DNA of 63,176 bases, the filler included, from Conidiobolus incongruus B7586 (taxonomy: Eukaryota): NCBI GenBank assembly GCA_000697335.1. It is 6 parts of 6 records of this genome, joined end to end, with 100 filler letters (N's around TTAATTAATTAA, not from the genome) between each part and the next. Parts side by side here need not be neighbours in the genome. Positions count along the whole stretch, not along the records: positions 1 to 16,415 come from JNEM01006280.1; 5 more parts are not named here. The stretch is one strand, 5' to 3'. Position numbers and translations under genes: made by a program. Under the pieces are notes generated by a model. That model searched no databases. It was given only the letters and a program-made list of their open reading frames with translations, and was not told the origin of the DNA. Numbering within the stretch: position 1 is the first letter of the stretch; each line of letters opens with the position of its first letter. This document shows, one piece after another, positions 1 through 13,051 of the stretch.

Positions 1-55
1 TATTTGAAAAATCTGAAATTAAAAAATTTCCCATTTTTTCTATTTTTAGATATCG
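1..55 (-). mobile_element. Mariner 5' end/TIR fragment at window edge
   Basis: Reverse complement (aaaaaatgggaaattttttaatttcagatttttcaaata) matches the 5' terminal regions of the mariner copies at 18103, 43503 and ~49824. Confidence 0.55.
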
Positions 56-3000
56 ATAATTAAGGTGAATATAATATAAATAGCATTATAATAGGAACCA
101 CATATTTTATTGGTTATATTTAGAGCTTAAATAAACTTACTGATATATTAAATAATATAAATTAATCGATTTAATATAGATTCAAAACTAATAAAAATAA
201 TTTCAATTTTTTAATAATATTAATTATTAAAAACGAAAAAAGAAAAAAAAGAAAATATTATGAGCAAAAAGAGAAAATATGTATTGGTCAAACTAATTAT
301 TTTTATATAATGGATTCAATATTAATCGTTGTTATTACTTGATCCAATAAAAGTAATTATAGATATATATTTTTTAAAAAAACTAGTTTTTTATAAATAA
401 TATTTAATTTAACATAAATATAAATATTATAATTAATATAATTTATTCCAAGGATTTGAATAAAATTTTAAAAATTTCTATTAAATTTTTTTAGTCTCCT
501 TCTTTAATATAATATAAATAATCTTTATATAATCCATCTTATATTTTACAAAATACTATCTGAAATATTTTTTAAACGAAAAATTAATTATTTGCTTGTT
601 TGAAAATTTATCATACCATATTTGCATTATATCCTTTTTGGTAAACTTGATATATTTTCAATAAAAATTTAATGTTGAATATTAAATAATTATTAAATTT
701 GGAATTTATTTATTCTGATTATTACAAATAAATAATAAAAAGCTAAACTCTTATATATTATAGGACGTTAAATCAGGTTGAACTCAAGTAAAATATTGAT
801 TCAGTGAATTTGATAATAACATTCAATTGAAATACAAAAGTTATAAAGGAATTATTTAATTAATATTTATTAAAACTGTGATAAATGATATATTATAATA
901 TATTGGTTTATATTGAAGTTTTAAATAAAATATATAAATTTCAATTGATTTAAAATTATAGATATTGGAAAAATTTAAAATAATAGAGTAATATATTAAA
1001 TTATTTTAATGAATTAATAATATTTAAAATTTAATTTTTTAATGTTGCATATTAGTATCGACAATAACACTAAAAATAATTAATAACTGTGTAAAGTAAT
1101 TTAGCACATTTTAATCATCATTTTAGGAATTATTAATAACATCAAATTTTTTGTTAAAAAATATCTTAAATGCCAATCAATTATTTAACAGAAAGAATTT
1201 GACCTTAATGGAAATCCAGGTTTATTCTGAATTTTGATAAATTTAGCCAAATTGATTAAATATTTAATTATTATAATGTGTTCAAATCTATTTGATCATT
1301 TAGATTAAATTAAATATATTTTTATAAAATAGCTAACATTTATTCGCACCCTTGATACGTAATAGTTATGAATTGCCAGCCAATTTCTTCAAACCTAATT
1401 GAATAATTAAAAAAATAAATAATCTATACGTCTTTTGAATTTAACTTGATTTTGCTTCTTTGGCCTCATTTAGATTGAAGCTAATAAAAAAGATTCCAAT
1501 TAATTTACATAATAGCTTTTATTTTTGATGAATACTTATGAAAGAATTTTGCTAAGTGATAAATATCGATATATTTAAGAACTGATTAAGACAATTGAAA
1601 TATATATACGTCAATGTGTAAAAAAATTGGAGATATGTTTTTACCAATCTCCATTGAATGAAATAGTTTTTTATAATTAGCTATATTTTATAAGACAATT
1701 GAGTATTGAACTATTTATTATAAAAGTTCTATTAAATACAGTCTTGATTTAATTGACCATATAATAGATATTTTATTCATTAAATTGTATAAATATTTTA
1801 TCCAAATTGAAAATATATAAATATATTAATAAAAACACTAAAATAAGATAAAACAGAGGCTTAATAATATATAGTTGATTAATATCATTTATTTTAAATC
1901 TTGGCATAATTTTCTAAAATGTTCCTATTTAGTCCCCTTTTCCAAGGTATTTCTAACAGAATCCTTAGACTTTGTACATAATTAGGCCAGAGTATGGATT
2001 TAGGGCCGCGTTTTCCCCAACTCTCCTTTTCTAGTCCACCATGTTTTCATAGATATGATTGAGATTATTTGAATGGTGGTACATGATTCTAATAAAATTT
2101 CATTTTGACCTCAATTTCACATTATATTGTTTTCATCCACATATTTTTAAATTGCATGAAATTTTGTCATAAATTTAGTAAAGGCATTTTTATTGTAGCG
2201 CCTACAATAAATTATAGTTTGTAAAGTTGTAACGACCAGTTTATTGTTTGGCAATTATTAATCAAGTTCTATTTCTTCCATTAAAAAACATTGAACAATT
2301 TATCAATTGAATAAATATATATTTACAGACATTATGAATATTGAGCCAACATCTTGGAAATTCACCTCATAAAACGCATTAAATTCATAGGAGTGACTAT
2401 TAAAATAGCCGATGCAGTAGAACAATTGATAGGCGAAATATATTAAATAATACAATGTAATACAGAATTATCAAAATTATTTATAAATAAAAATAGCGAA
2501 TATGATGGGTGTCCTTGATAAATATAGTTTTGTTATATTTAAATATCGATTGAAATAAAATTTAAATTGAGTTGATCTTAAACATTTCAAAACAATATTA
2601 ATTTGAGGCCAGTGGTAATGATGATAAAACCAACCTGTCAAACTATTTAAAAAATTATGGATAAGAGTAAAAATATTTTACAGATCTATTATAAGAAAAT
2701 CTATGATCTTAAATTTTTGTTCCATTATTGTTCAAAAATATAATTTCTATTTTAAGAATTGTGAATCCAACAATACGTGTTTTAGTGGAGCCCTAAATTT
2801 GATATTTTTCGGATTCATTCCCAATTTGTTGAATGATTTCATAATTAAGAAAAATTTTGGACAGTACTTATGGATCCAAATATATGTAATTTGCTATGAG
2901 TTACATTATGACATAATATTAGTGTTATTTTAACTATTATCTACAAAAATAAAAAATCTAAAAGTATTTTCATGGTTATAATGGTTACAACTAAATCTAT

Positions 3001-4316
3001 CCTCTATTACCTAATTAATCCGAGTTATGGGATTATTTTCAAAATACTACAAACAATTTTCTAAATTAAATTTGTGAAACTAACTCATATGATTGATCTA
3101 AAATTAAGAAACTAGTATAGTAAAAGCGATAAAGATTAGATATTTTACACAATTCTCTCAAGATTGATACTGCATATGTAAGATAAATTACCTGCGTCAA
3201 AGAACGATAATTCCTCGTTTTAAAGGATATTAATCTTAATATTACCAGTTGCGAAGTTTATGTTTGGGATTTTTTTGCACTGATCTAGATATAGTTTAGC
3301 TTGCTGGGAAATTATTTTTTAATTTGAAACCGAATAATAAATTAATTATAAAACTAGGAGTAAAATTGACTCAAGTTATATTTTCGACATTCCTTTCATA
3401 TTATATTAATAAATTTAATTTGAATATTATTGGTTAAAATTCAGAAAATGAAGTATTTACAAGTTATAAGAAAATTGTAGAATATAACACTATCTAATCG
3501 CGAGTCCATAAATAGGGAAAAATAAATATAATTTTAAACTTGATTTGATATCTTATTGTTTAACAACAAATGTCATTTTTTATTAAAGTCATGGCCAATT
3601 TATCTCAATCGATTAATTCATAAAATTAAGTTAATAAGGCACATTGTCGCTGAAATCAACATAATTGGACTCAAAATTATAATTATATGAAAACTGGTAT
3701 GAAATTAAGATATTTTTATTAGTAATGGTCTATTAATATATTGACCAAATCTTTCTTTATTGAATATTCACATATTGTTGTTTTTATGATTACATAACTC
3801 GAATAACTGTCATTGTTTTGAAAACTTCATTCTGCTACTGCTTTTATTTCACCCTTTTTATTCATCATTGTTTTTATTTAGTTTATCCGCTTACTTTTAT
3901 ATTCAATATATATCACATGAGGAAAATATAAAGTGATTTATTTGAGTTATTCAGTTGTATAATTCATACTTATATAAACAGGATATAAATTAGTTTGTTA
4001 TGATAAATCGATACATTAAAATTTTATCGATAAAGAGAATAATATATTCAATCCACTAGCAACCATTTCAGTGAAGCAATGTCATAAATAACTCAATCTC
4101 TCAAGTAACACAAAATAAATTCCTCAATTAATTTGATCCAATTTTACTAGATAGACCCCTTATAAAGAAATTTATTTTTAACTTTTTACACTACGAATCT
4201 GGTATTATATACTTGATTTTCACATATCCACTTTTTATTTGCTATAAATACTCCATCTTTCTGTTCATTTTTATCTACAATATTTTTATTTATTTAATTT
4301 AATATCAGTTGTCATT

Positions 4317-5507
4317 ATGAAATTCTTTGACACATTATTGGCTGGCTTCATTGGTTTGTCCATGTTGGGCGTCAATGCTCAAAGATGTGACAGAATTAGA
4401 GCTCGTCCCAATGTTTACAACATGTCTCAAGGTGAATGGGATAGCTATGTCAACGCTGTTAAGAGACTCAACTCGGGTCCTCGCCCTACTCCTTGGGACA
4501 GATTGTCTAACAGACATGTCCAATACTACGGTCAGGTTCACAGCAATCCATTGTTCTTAGCTTGGCACCGTCAATTCCTCTATGAATTAGAGTCCGAATT
4601 AAGAAAGATTGACGAAAATGTCCGTTTGCCTTATTGGGATTGGAGTGTTCACTATACCAATATCAACGAAGATCCCATTTGGCAAAAATACGGTAAAAAC
4701 GGTAATCCCTGGCGCGACATGTGTGTCACTGATGGTTCCTTTGCTGGAATGGGTGTTGCATATGGTTCTGGTTCTTTGAACGGTGGCAGTGATAAATGTT
4801 ATCAACGTTTGGAAAGATTTCAGAATGTCATTTCTGGCCATCACTCCGAAATGGAATCTCTCATCGACTCCGCCAACGACTACGACTTCTGGGAGAATTT
4901 CGAATTCGGCTCTCACGGTCGTGTCCACAATGGAATTGGTAATGATTTCTCTGGCCATGCCAGTCCCTCTGATCCCCTTTTCTATGCTCACCACGCTTTC
5001 ATTGACAAGATCTGGTTCGACAGACAAGTTCGTCATCCTGAATTCACCTTCACTTACGCCGTCTCTGGAAATACCAACTTACCTGGTTACGATGCCTCCG
5101 TCTATAACGTTTTTGATCCCTTCGATCTCTGCTACACCTACCTTGAAGACAACTATTCCTGGTCCAAAAATGTTCGCATGCAAAGCGTCGAACCTGAAAT
5201 TCAAGTTGAAACCTTCACTCCTCTTGCTATGGCTCCTTCCATTGCTAGACAAGGTGTTAATGCCACTGAAGTCAAGGAAGCTCTTCAACAACACGCCAAA
5301 GACTACGTCTTCAAGGATGTCGTTGCCGCTGACCAAAACGAAGGACCCAAGAAGGTCAACGACTGTGAGATCCTTCCCTTACCTGATCCCGTCTCCCTTG
5401 AATACATCCAAAAGATGGGTTATGATGAAGCTACTGTCCGTCGCGTCGAACGTAAGAACGCTTTAAGAATTTCCGAACTCAATAAGCGTTGTCTTGGAGA
5501 ACAATAA
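4317..5507 (+). CDS. Secreted tyrosinase (type-3 dicopper oxidase), intronless
   Basis: Hydrophobic N-terminal signal peptide; CuA motif HVQYYGQVHSNPLFLAWHR; CuB motif HGRVHNGIG...SPSDPLFYAHHAFIDKIW; TATAAATA about 70 nt upstream. Confidence 0.93.
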   Translation: MKFFDTLLAGFIGLSMLGVNAQRCDRIRARPNVYNMSQGEWDSYVNAVKRLNSGPRPTPWDRLSNRHVQYYGQVHSNPLFLAWHRQFLYELESELRKIDENVRLPYWDWSVHYTNINEDPIWQKYGKNGNPWRDMCVTDGSFAGMGVAYGSGSLNGGSDKCYQRLERFQNVISGHHSEMESLIDSANDYDFWENFEFGSHGRVHNGIGNDFSGHASPSDPLFYAHHAFIDKIWFDRQVRHPEFTFTYAVSGNTNLPGYDASVYNVFDPFDLCYTYLEDNYSWSKNVRMQSVEPEIQVETFTPLAMAPSIARQGVNATEVKEALQQHAKDYVFKDVVAADQNEGPKKVNDCEILPLPDPVSLEYIQKMGYDEATVRRVERKNALRISELNKRCLGEQ

Positions 5508-6879
5508 TTTTATTTTCCGTCATTAAAATCTCCCTCATATCTTCCTTTAATCTCGTATAATATTTCAAAAATTTTTTAATAAATAATAATCTTTTCAATT
5601 ATATACAAATTAAACAATATATGTGACATTCTATATTTCATTTTCTCCATCTATTATTTTATCATCAATCTTTACTCTTAATTCTATTATGAATGAACTG
5701 TCCAGTTACAATCGGAACTATGAAAATCATCTAAGGGTTTAATCTAACAGAAATAATCATTATTGTGAACACATTTCCATACTTTAATTATTACAAATCT
5801 ACTCTAGATCGATCATAATTCGGTAAAATTTTCAATATCTATCCATTTTCTTTTTCTATTCATTTATTTTTCAACATAGTACTCCAATTAAAAGAAATTA
5901 ATTTTCATTGTCATCGTTATTATTATATTAATTGTAATTTTATAAAAATTATATCATTTATGTCAATTTTGAAATGCATATTTTTTATTATTTATTTCAC
6001 TTGAACAATTTTATGATAATTATGTTATAGTTCATAAATAATGATATAATTCTTTAGTTCAATAACTTTAATTTTTCAACAATTAACAATTTACAATTTA
6101 AATACAATTATTATCTCTATAATAAATATAGATATTTTAAGCAAAATTAACTCCCAACATAATACAAGTGTATTCCTACCTTCTCATTCAATTTAAAGGA
6201 TCATTTGATTATTAATAAACGGATAATCTCATTTTCCACATAAATAATATATATATATATATATTATATAAAAAAATAAAATTATCTTATTTTTAACATT
6301 CTCCCCAGGATTTCAATTAAAATTACAATATTATTTAGTGATTATTATTTACTGAGAATTTTTTTTATTAATAATAAAACTATAAATAAAATTTTATTGG
6401 AATGTATCATTTAATGCTGCATACAATGAATAGAGTGATCTAAGGATTGATGTAATAATATTGGATGTATTTTAATTTCTAATAATAGATTCAATAAAGA
6501 TGATTAGTTGATAAATTATTAATCTATGAAATATGATTTATTAATTAAATAACTATAGTATAATATAATTATAGATTGGATATTACTTGTAAAAGTTGTT
6601 TAATTCTTTAATGAGTAATTCTTTACATTTTGATGATAGCTTTTAAATTGATTTTAATTAAAAAAAATATGAAAAATAGATTAAACTATTAACAAAAATA
6701 ATATCATAGATAATTACGATGTGAAAAATGGAATGAAGAAGAAATATCATAAGTTTTATATTTAATAAAATAATTACTTACAACATGAGGTTTAATAAGG
6801 TAATTGATAGTTTTTACCATAAGCTTTACAAATAATCTCTCAACATCTCCAAAGTCCTTTGATTCCAGTCATACCGACT

Positions 6880-8760
6880 TAACCACCCTCGAGTCGTTTG
6901 GGATAGGCAAGTTGGTCATCCTATTGCATTTCGAGGTATTTAGAGGTGAGCCAAACTTCATCGGACAACTTTTTTGCAATTTTCGGGTGTTCTTTTTCAA
7001 ACTGTTCGTTGGGATCGAGGATCCGATCCAAATGGAGGTTGTAATAGGCCAGCGTGTAGTCACAAAATTTGAGCTGGACGTGTGCTTTTAGTAAGCTTAC
7101 TTTCGGAGTCGCGTAGCCAATGTTTAAACAGCACTCGAGATCAAGATCTGGATTTAGCAATTTATTCAGTTTTACGAGAAAGAATACTCAATTATAAAAT
7201 GCTGGAATTTGTGTGGGCGAGTAGGCGATTGCTTCGGGGAAGCACCATACAACCTCATCATAATTTGAGTTTTCATGATACTTTTTGCCTCGTTTAACCC
7301 ATAGATCTGCATGGCTTGCAATAATTTCATCTATATATCCAGTGGTATGTAACTTCAACTTCTACTTGATTAATTTTTGAAGGACTTTGAGATTACGGCA
7401 GAGTGAGAGTGATCCATCATAACGATGGAGTGCTTGTGTAACTTGATGCTTTAATAGGTGAGCATCTCCAATAAAGTATTCAATCTGAGATAGATGTACC
7501 AAGCTTGCGTCTAATAACTCAGCTTCGTTAAGTATCATGACACCCTTGTCAAGTACATGTTGATAGTTCCCCTTTGTGAGCATGTATTGAATGTATGAAA
7601 TTCTGAGTCGAGTGCATTTAGGATCTTGCTTCATTGCAAGATTATAATGAGGTAGAGCATTTTTATAGTCCTTTGCCTTCATCGATGCTTCTAAATTCAT
7701 AAGAATTTCACTTGAAGCTATATCTTGGATAGTAAAGTTCAATGATCAAAGTATCCAAGTGATCTGTGGGCTCTTTACTCAGCATGAGCTCAGTGGAGGG
7801 TCGCAATTCATAGAACATGTTCAGAGATTCTATATACAATTCCAAATGGGCATGGGGTGATGGAGCTTTAGCAGGCTAGTTGTTGAGCATCCCAATTCTA
7901 AATCAAGAGTTAAACATGGCTTAAATGTATACATTAACACATTGACAGCTTTGAAGAATCCCCAACGCATTTCTTCAGAAGGTACACCAGTAAATAATAT
8001 ATAATGCAGTGTTCTGTTTAAATTTAGATAGAACAAAAGTAATAAAAGGAACTGAAATCGCTTATACTTCAATAATTTGACAAATAGATGAGATCGTGTT
8101 GTAAGCATTTTACCATCTTTATATAGCCCCATACGTTAAAATGAGGATGTGAAGAAAAAAAATGATATTAAAAAGTTGAAAAATATTTGGGAGTAATCAT
8201 CGTATACACGAGATTATATATTAGTTGTAATATGAAATAAATATGAATTCAATACATTTAGGAATGTGACCGATATTAAGTACCATCATCTCCTTTTCAA
8301 AATATAGAAGCTCTGGTATATTTTCTTGTTTGGTGGAGCTTTAAAATAAATTTACATAGGTTTTCAGGTTGGTCGGGTTTGTCAGGGTTAATGTTACTAC
8401 CAATATTATTGGTTGCTCTAGTATTATTAGCATACACTTGGTTAAAATTAGTATTCGCATTACTAGGATTATTAAGATCCTCAGAATTGGGTGGAAGGCC
8501 TACCAAATACAGCTCTTTTGATAATACGCAATAGCTTCATCTAAATTTTCTAAACCTTGATAAGCTTGTTCCATCATCCAATAAAATTGTAGGTTATTTA
8601 GTAAAGTGATTTAGAATCTGAAGCTGGTTATATATAATTTACTTTGCTGGCTGGTGTGAATTTTGTCAACTAGGTATCAATTTTTTAACTTCGTCAAAAT
8701 TATCAAGTAATAGATGCCATTAGATCAGCTTCGTCCCACTGTCCATAACACAGTATGTCA
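6880..8760 (-). pseudogene. Decayed TPR-protein pseudogene, STI1/Hop-like (TPR2A-TPR2B plus an upstream TPR fragment)
   Basis: ORFs 7362-7742 and 6921-7160 are in one frame, broken by in-frame TAG (7362) and TGA (7188). Read-through gives ALHRYDGSLSLCRNLKVLQKL..GYID..RGKKYHENSNYDEVVWCFPEAIAYSP..FYN*, which resembles STI1 TPRs from memory. A further TPR-like piece AYQGLENLDEAIAYYQKS lies near 8510-8580. Boundaries approximate. Confidence 0.6.
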
Positions 8761-11700
8761 TATCTTTCTATAGAGAAATTAACCAAGTAGCTTCTTGATG
8801 TTTGATTTTAACTTGACTCGTAATTAAAACATCTCCCTTTTTAACCTTCAACAAGAAATTAGTTTAAAAATAAAAATTAATACCTTGAAATTTACCTCTT
8901 TTATAGGAGGAAATGTTAAAATCACTTCAATATTATCGACATTAAAATTCTAATCTTCTAGATACCAAATATATTTATTAAAAATTGGTAATAATAGCTT
9001 GTTATTAATTATAATAGTAAAATACTATATTTTAAATATTTTCTTAAAGATTTTAAAGTAGTTAATCATAAATTATTTACAGAATTCGATATTTTAGTAA
9101 TGGCTTTATTTTAACGTAATAAAATCTAGTCAAACATTGTTAGTTGAAGGTAAATGCATTTATAAAAAATTAATATATATAAAATAAAAAACCCAAGCTT
9201 GATTTTAAAATATAATATAATAATTCGTTAAATATATTTCAGGTGAAAGGTAATAGTTTTTATTTTTCATTGATGTGAATGATAAAAAAAATATATTAAC
9301 TAAATGAACAAACATTACATCTAATATCATAGATATTTATTTTTTGAGTTACTTTTATAGTTTAAGTATAAGAATATTTATTTATATAAACCAAAATTTA
9401 TTTATTGAAATATGGGATTTATTCTCAATAACATTTTGAAAATGTTGAATTAAAATTGATCTAAATTAATAATAAACCTAAAATGTTCAATATATAATTT
9501 AATAATTGATTTAACATATAAATTTCTCATTAAGTTAGGCTCAACATATTTAAAGTTAATTATTATATATAATAATAGCTGTAGAATTATAAAACATATT
9601 TGGTTTGCAAAACTTTATATTGAATATATACTTAATTTAAATATTGATTTAAATAATGTAATTTTAAATATTTTTTTATAATAAAAAATTATTATTTTTG
9701 ATAAATATTCATGATATTAAATCACAATAATTTAATGTAGTTTATATTTTTCAATATATATATATATATCAAATTGAATTAATTTATTATAGGATGAGAC
9801 TAAATCTCAAATTTCATGTTTTATTAATGTTTTTAGTATATGATCATATATTCATTTTTGCTTAAAATATTTTATAAATATTCTATGAAATTTTAATGTA
9901 TGAATATATTTGATTTGATACATAAATCTGATTCCATTTTTTATATTCGATTATTATTGGTTTCTGATATTTCTGTAACTTAAGCATGACAGAAACCGGG
10001 CATGATGCAGAGGGTCTTAATTATGCATATGACGTAGCAAATTTGGTAAATTACTAGTAATTTTATTAGAGATTATCTATAATATTAATAGCAATTGGTT
10101 ATCGATAATGATAGAATTTGATAGGAGTAGTCTCGAATCCTAATAAATAATAATGATTAGTGAAAATCAAAGGATAATACTAAAATTTGAGAGGAAAAAG
10201 GAAGCATGTTTAATAATTCAATCAAGGATATTTTTAAAATTAGATTTATTATAAAACTACATAAGTACATGTCACAATTAATAATCTCTATAATTTTTAT
10301 AAAAAACCATATGATATTCATTGAAAAGATTAGAAATATATTACTCATTATATGTTATTTAATGAGATATTTAATGTATTACGAATCAGTTAACTTCCTT
10401 GATAGAAAATAATGAAATTTGATTTTTATAATAGAGATTTTAATCATAAATTTTATTATTAATCAAAATGATTACTCAGATTAATTTATTTAATTCAAAG
10501 ATCATTGAAAATAATGTAATGGTATTGATACCAATTCATTTTTGTTAAGAGAATATTATTTCTTTAACAATATTATAAGGAATTTAATAATACTAAACAA
10601 GTGAGATAAATTTAAAAAATATTTTTGATAGTAAATTTATTGATGAATAGGGTTCACATCAAGTTATTCAATTACAAAACTTGTTTATTAAGGATAACTC
10701 GTTAGTAAAATGCCAAGTATATAGTATAAAGTTTCTAATATATATATATCAAATATTTTTAAGCTTTTATATAATAAATCATAAAATACTTATATTTAAT
10801 CAAAATCCGCTGTGTTTCAATTAAATTAAATTTACACTTTAATAAATTTAGTTACTAAAAAATAATTTTAATGATAAAAGAAAAAAATGCTAATGAAAGA
10901 ATTTTAACTTTAAAAAAGGGAACTTTGATATATTAACAATCATTTGTTGCAAAGTATAAATTCCCAAGTAAATATACTTAAAACTATATTGGTAAACTTG
11001 AATTGAAAAAATATTTTTTTAATTTTTTAATTGTAAATAGAGTTAATAAATACAAATAGTTTTATTACATTCGTACTCAAAGGATCTAATGTTTATAAAA
11101 AAATCAAATTATGCTAATAATACATCTACTTGGAGCTATGAAATTATCGAATATAATAATTTAATTTTAAAATCATTTTTAAAGATTGTTTTTGTTATAT
11201 TATTGGTAATAACTTTACTTTTATATCAAATGCATGTTAAGATTCAATATTTTCAATTATCAATTAAGAATATTTAAAGATATAATTTTGAAATAAAAAT
11301 GGTTTATTGGTAAAAGTAAAATTTTTCAAAATTATTCCATTAAATTGAATAAATAGATTGTTATAATAGTTTAATGAAAATAAAGGTTCTATTGATTTTG
11401 TCAAAGTTTAGACTTTAAAAAAATATTGAATACAATATAAATATTATAGTTATTAGATCTTAGTAACTTTAAAACGATGAAGCATTTACTCGCCAAATAC
11501 CTTTACTTAAGAAATAAAGAGATAAGCTATAGAAAATGTAGTTTTACTATAATAAACACTTTTACATTTCGTTCTAGTACAAAGTGCAGAGCTTGCTAGT
11601 ATTTATTAATTGAAATTAATTTAATTATTGATAAAGAAAATTGAGAATTGTATTTACCATTAACTCATATTTAATAATATCAAAGAGTATCATTTTAACA

Positions 11701-11881
11701 TAATAATGAGAATTATCATGATCTAATATTTTAAATTATTATTATTAAATTAATTAATTTATATGGCTATATCATCTTTCCTAGTAAAATAAAATATGTT
11801 TAATAATAATGTATATTTGTTGGAAAAATAAATTAATAATAATTTTACTGAAAATGAGAGAATATTAAATTTTAATTTATT

Positions 11882-13051
11882 TTAAGCTAAACATTCTTCA
11901 TTTTCTTGAGAAATTCGCAAAGCTGTAAGACGTTCGAAACCTCTAACCTTAACTTCGTCATACTTCATATGACGAATGTATTGGATATCCATAGGTTTAG
12001 GAATGGGGTGGACACGACAGCCGGAAGGACCATATTGAGCTGGACCGTTCATGTCGGAAGCGACAACACCATTCATAATATATTCGGTAGCATGCTTCTG
12101 AATTTCCTCAATTGTGGGAGCACCAGTGCGAGTCGAGTTACTTGTTTGAAGAGGAACAAATGGCTCGACATCTTCGAGAGGCATAGCGCGTTGCATTCTG
12201 ACGGTGGCATCCCAAGAGAAATTATCTTCAATATAAGTATAACAATAATCAAATGGGTCATAGGATTGATAGACAAGTTTGTCATAACCAGGAATTGGAG
12301 TTGATCCAGAGAGAGGATAAGTAAGTGTATGTTCTTTATGTCTCATTTGACGATCGAACCAGACTTTATCAATAAAAGCATGATGAGACCAAAAAAGAGG
12401 GTCATTAGGAGAGGCATGACCTTGGAAGTCTTCGCCAATTCCATTGTGGATGAGGCCGTGAGGACCAAGTTCGAAATATTCCCTGAAAAACCCATCGTCT
12501 TGAGCATCGATCAGACCATTGACTGAAGACTTGGTACCTCCAAAAGAACGGTCAAACACATCTCTGCGAGTGAAACATCTCTCACTTCCTTGATCATTAA
12601 TGTCGCTGCCATAAAAGACAGTGAAGTCAGAGAAGGGACCATTACGCACACATTTATCGGAAGGGTCACCATTCTTTCCAAAGATCTGCCAGATAGGATC
12701 TTCATGCATGTTGTCGAAATGGACAGTCCAGTCCCAGTAAGGAATTCTGATTGACTCATCAATCTCTCTCAATTTTGATTCTAATTCAACCAAGTAAATT
12801 CGATGCCATGCTAAAAACATGTGGTCGGAATGGACTTTGTCATAATACTCGACATGTTTTCTGGCAAGTTTATCCCATTCGGTAGGACGAGGACCAGAGT
12901 TAAGCTTTCTGATGGCGTCGAAATATGTTTTAATTTCATCCGAGGTCATAGAGTAAATATTGGGTCTTTGACGAATGTTTCTACATTCTAAAGCATTAAC
13001 AGAAGAAAATCCGAATAAAATGGAAGGAATTAAATACTTAAAAAATTTCAT
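11882..13051 (-). CDS. Secreted tyrosinase, paralog of 4317-5507
   Basis: Signal peptide; CuA HVEYYDKVHSDHMFLAWHR; CuB HGLIHNGIG...SPNDPLFWSHHAFIDKVW; colinear with the first tyrosinase over its full length. Confidence 0.93.
   Translation of the reverse strand: MKFFKYLIPSILFGFSSVNALECRNIRQRPNIYSMTSDEIKTYFDAIRKLNSGPRPTEWDKLARKHVEYYDKVHSDHMFLAWHRIYLVELESKLREIDESIRIPYWDWTVHFDNMHEDPIWQIFGKNGDPSDKCVRNGPFSDFTVFYGSDINDQGSERCFTRRDVFDRSFGGTKSSVNGLIDAQDDGFFREYFELGPHGLIHNGIGEDFQGHASPNDPLFWSHHAFIDKVWFDRQMRHKEHTLTYPLSGSTPIPGYDKLVYQSYDPFDYCYTYIEDNFSWDATVRMQRAMPLEDVEPFVPLQTSNSTRTGAPTIEEIQKHATEYIMNGVVASDMNGPAQYGPSGCRVHPIPKPMDIQYIRHMKYDEVKVRGFERLTALRISQENEECLA

Noticed and set aside
1080..2060. Patches of coding-like sequence, possible transposase relic
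   Set aside because: Only a vague LIIQLGLKK similarity on the minus strand; cannot be supported without a search.
4327..5466. Alternative-frame and antisense ORFs over tyrosinase 1 (similar ones overlap tyrosinase 2, LARP1, the homeobox gene and the subtilisin)
   Set aside because: Shadow ORFs produced by codon bias in real genes; no recognisable motifs.
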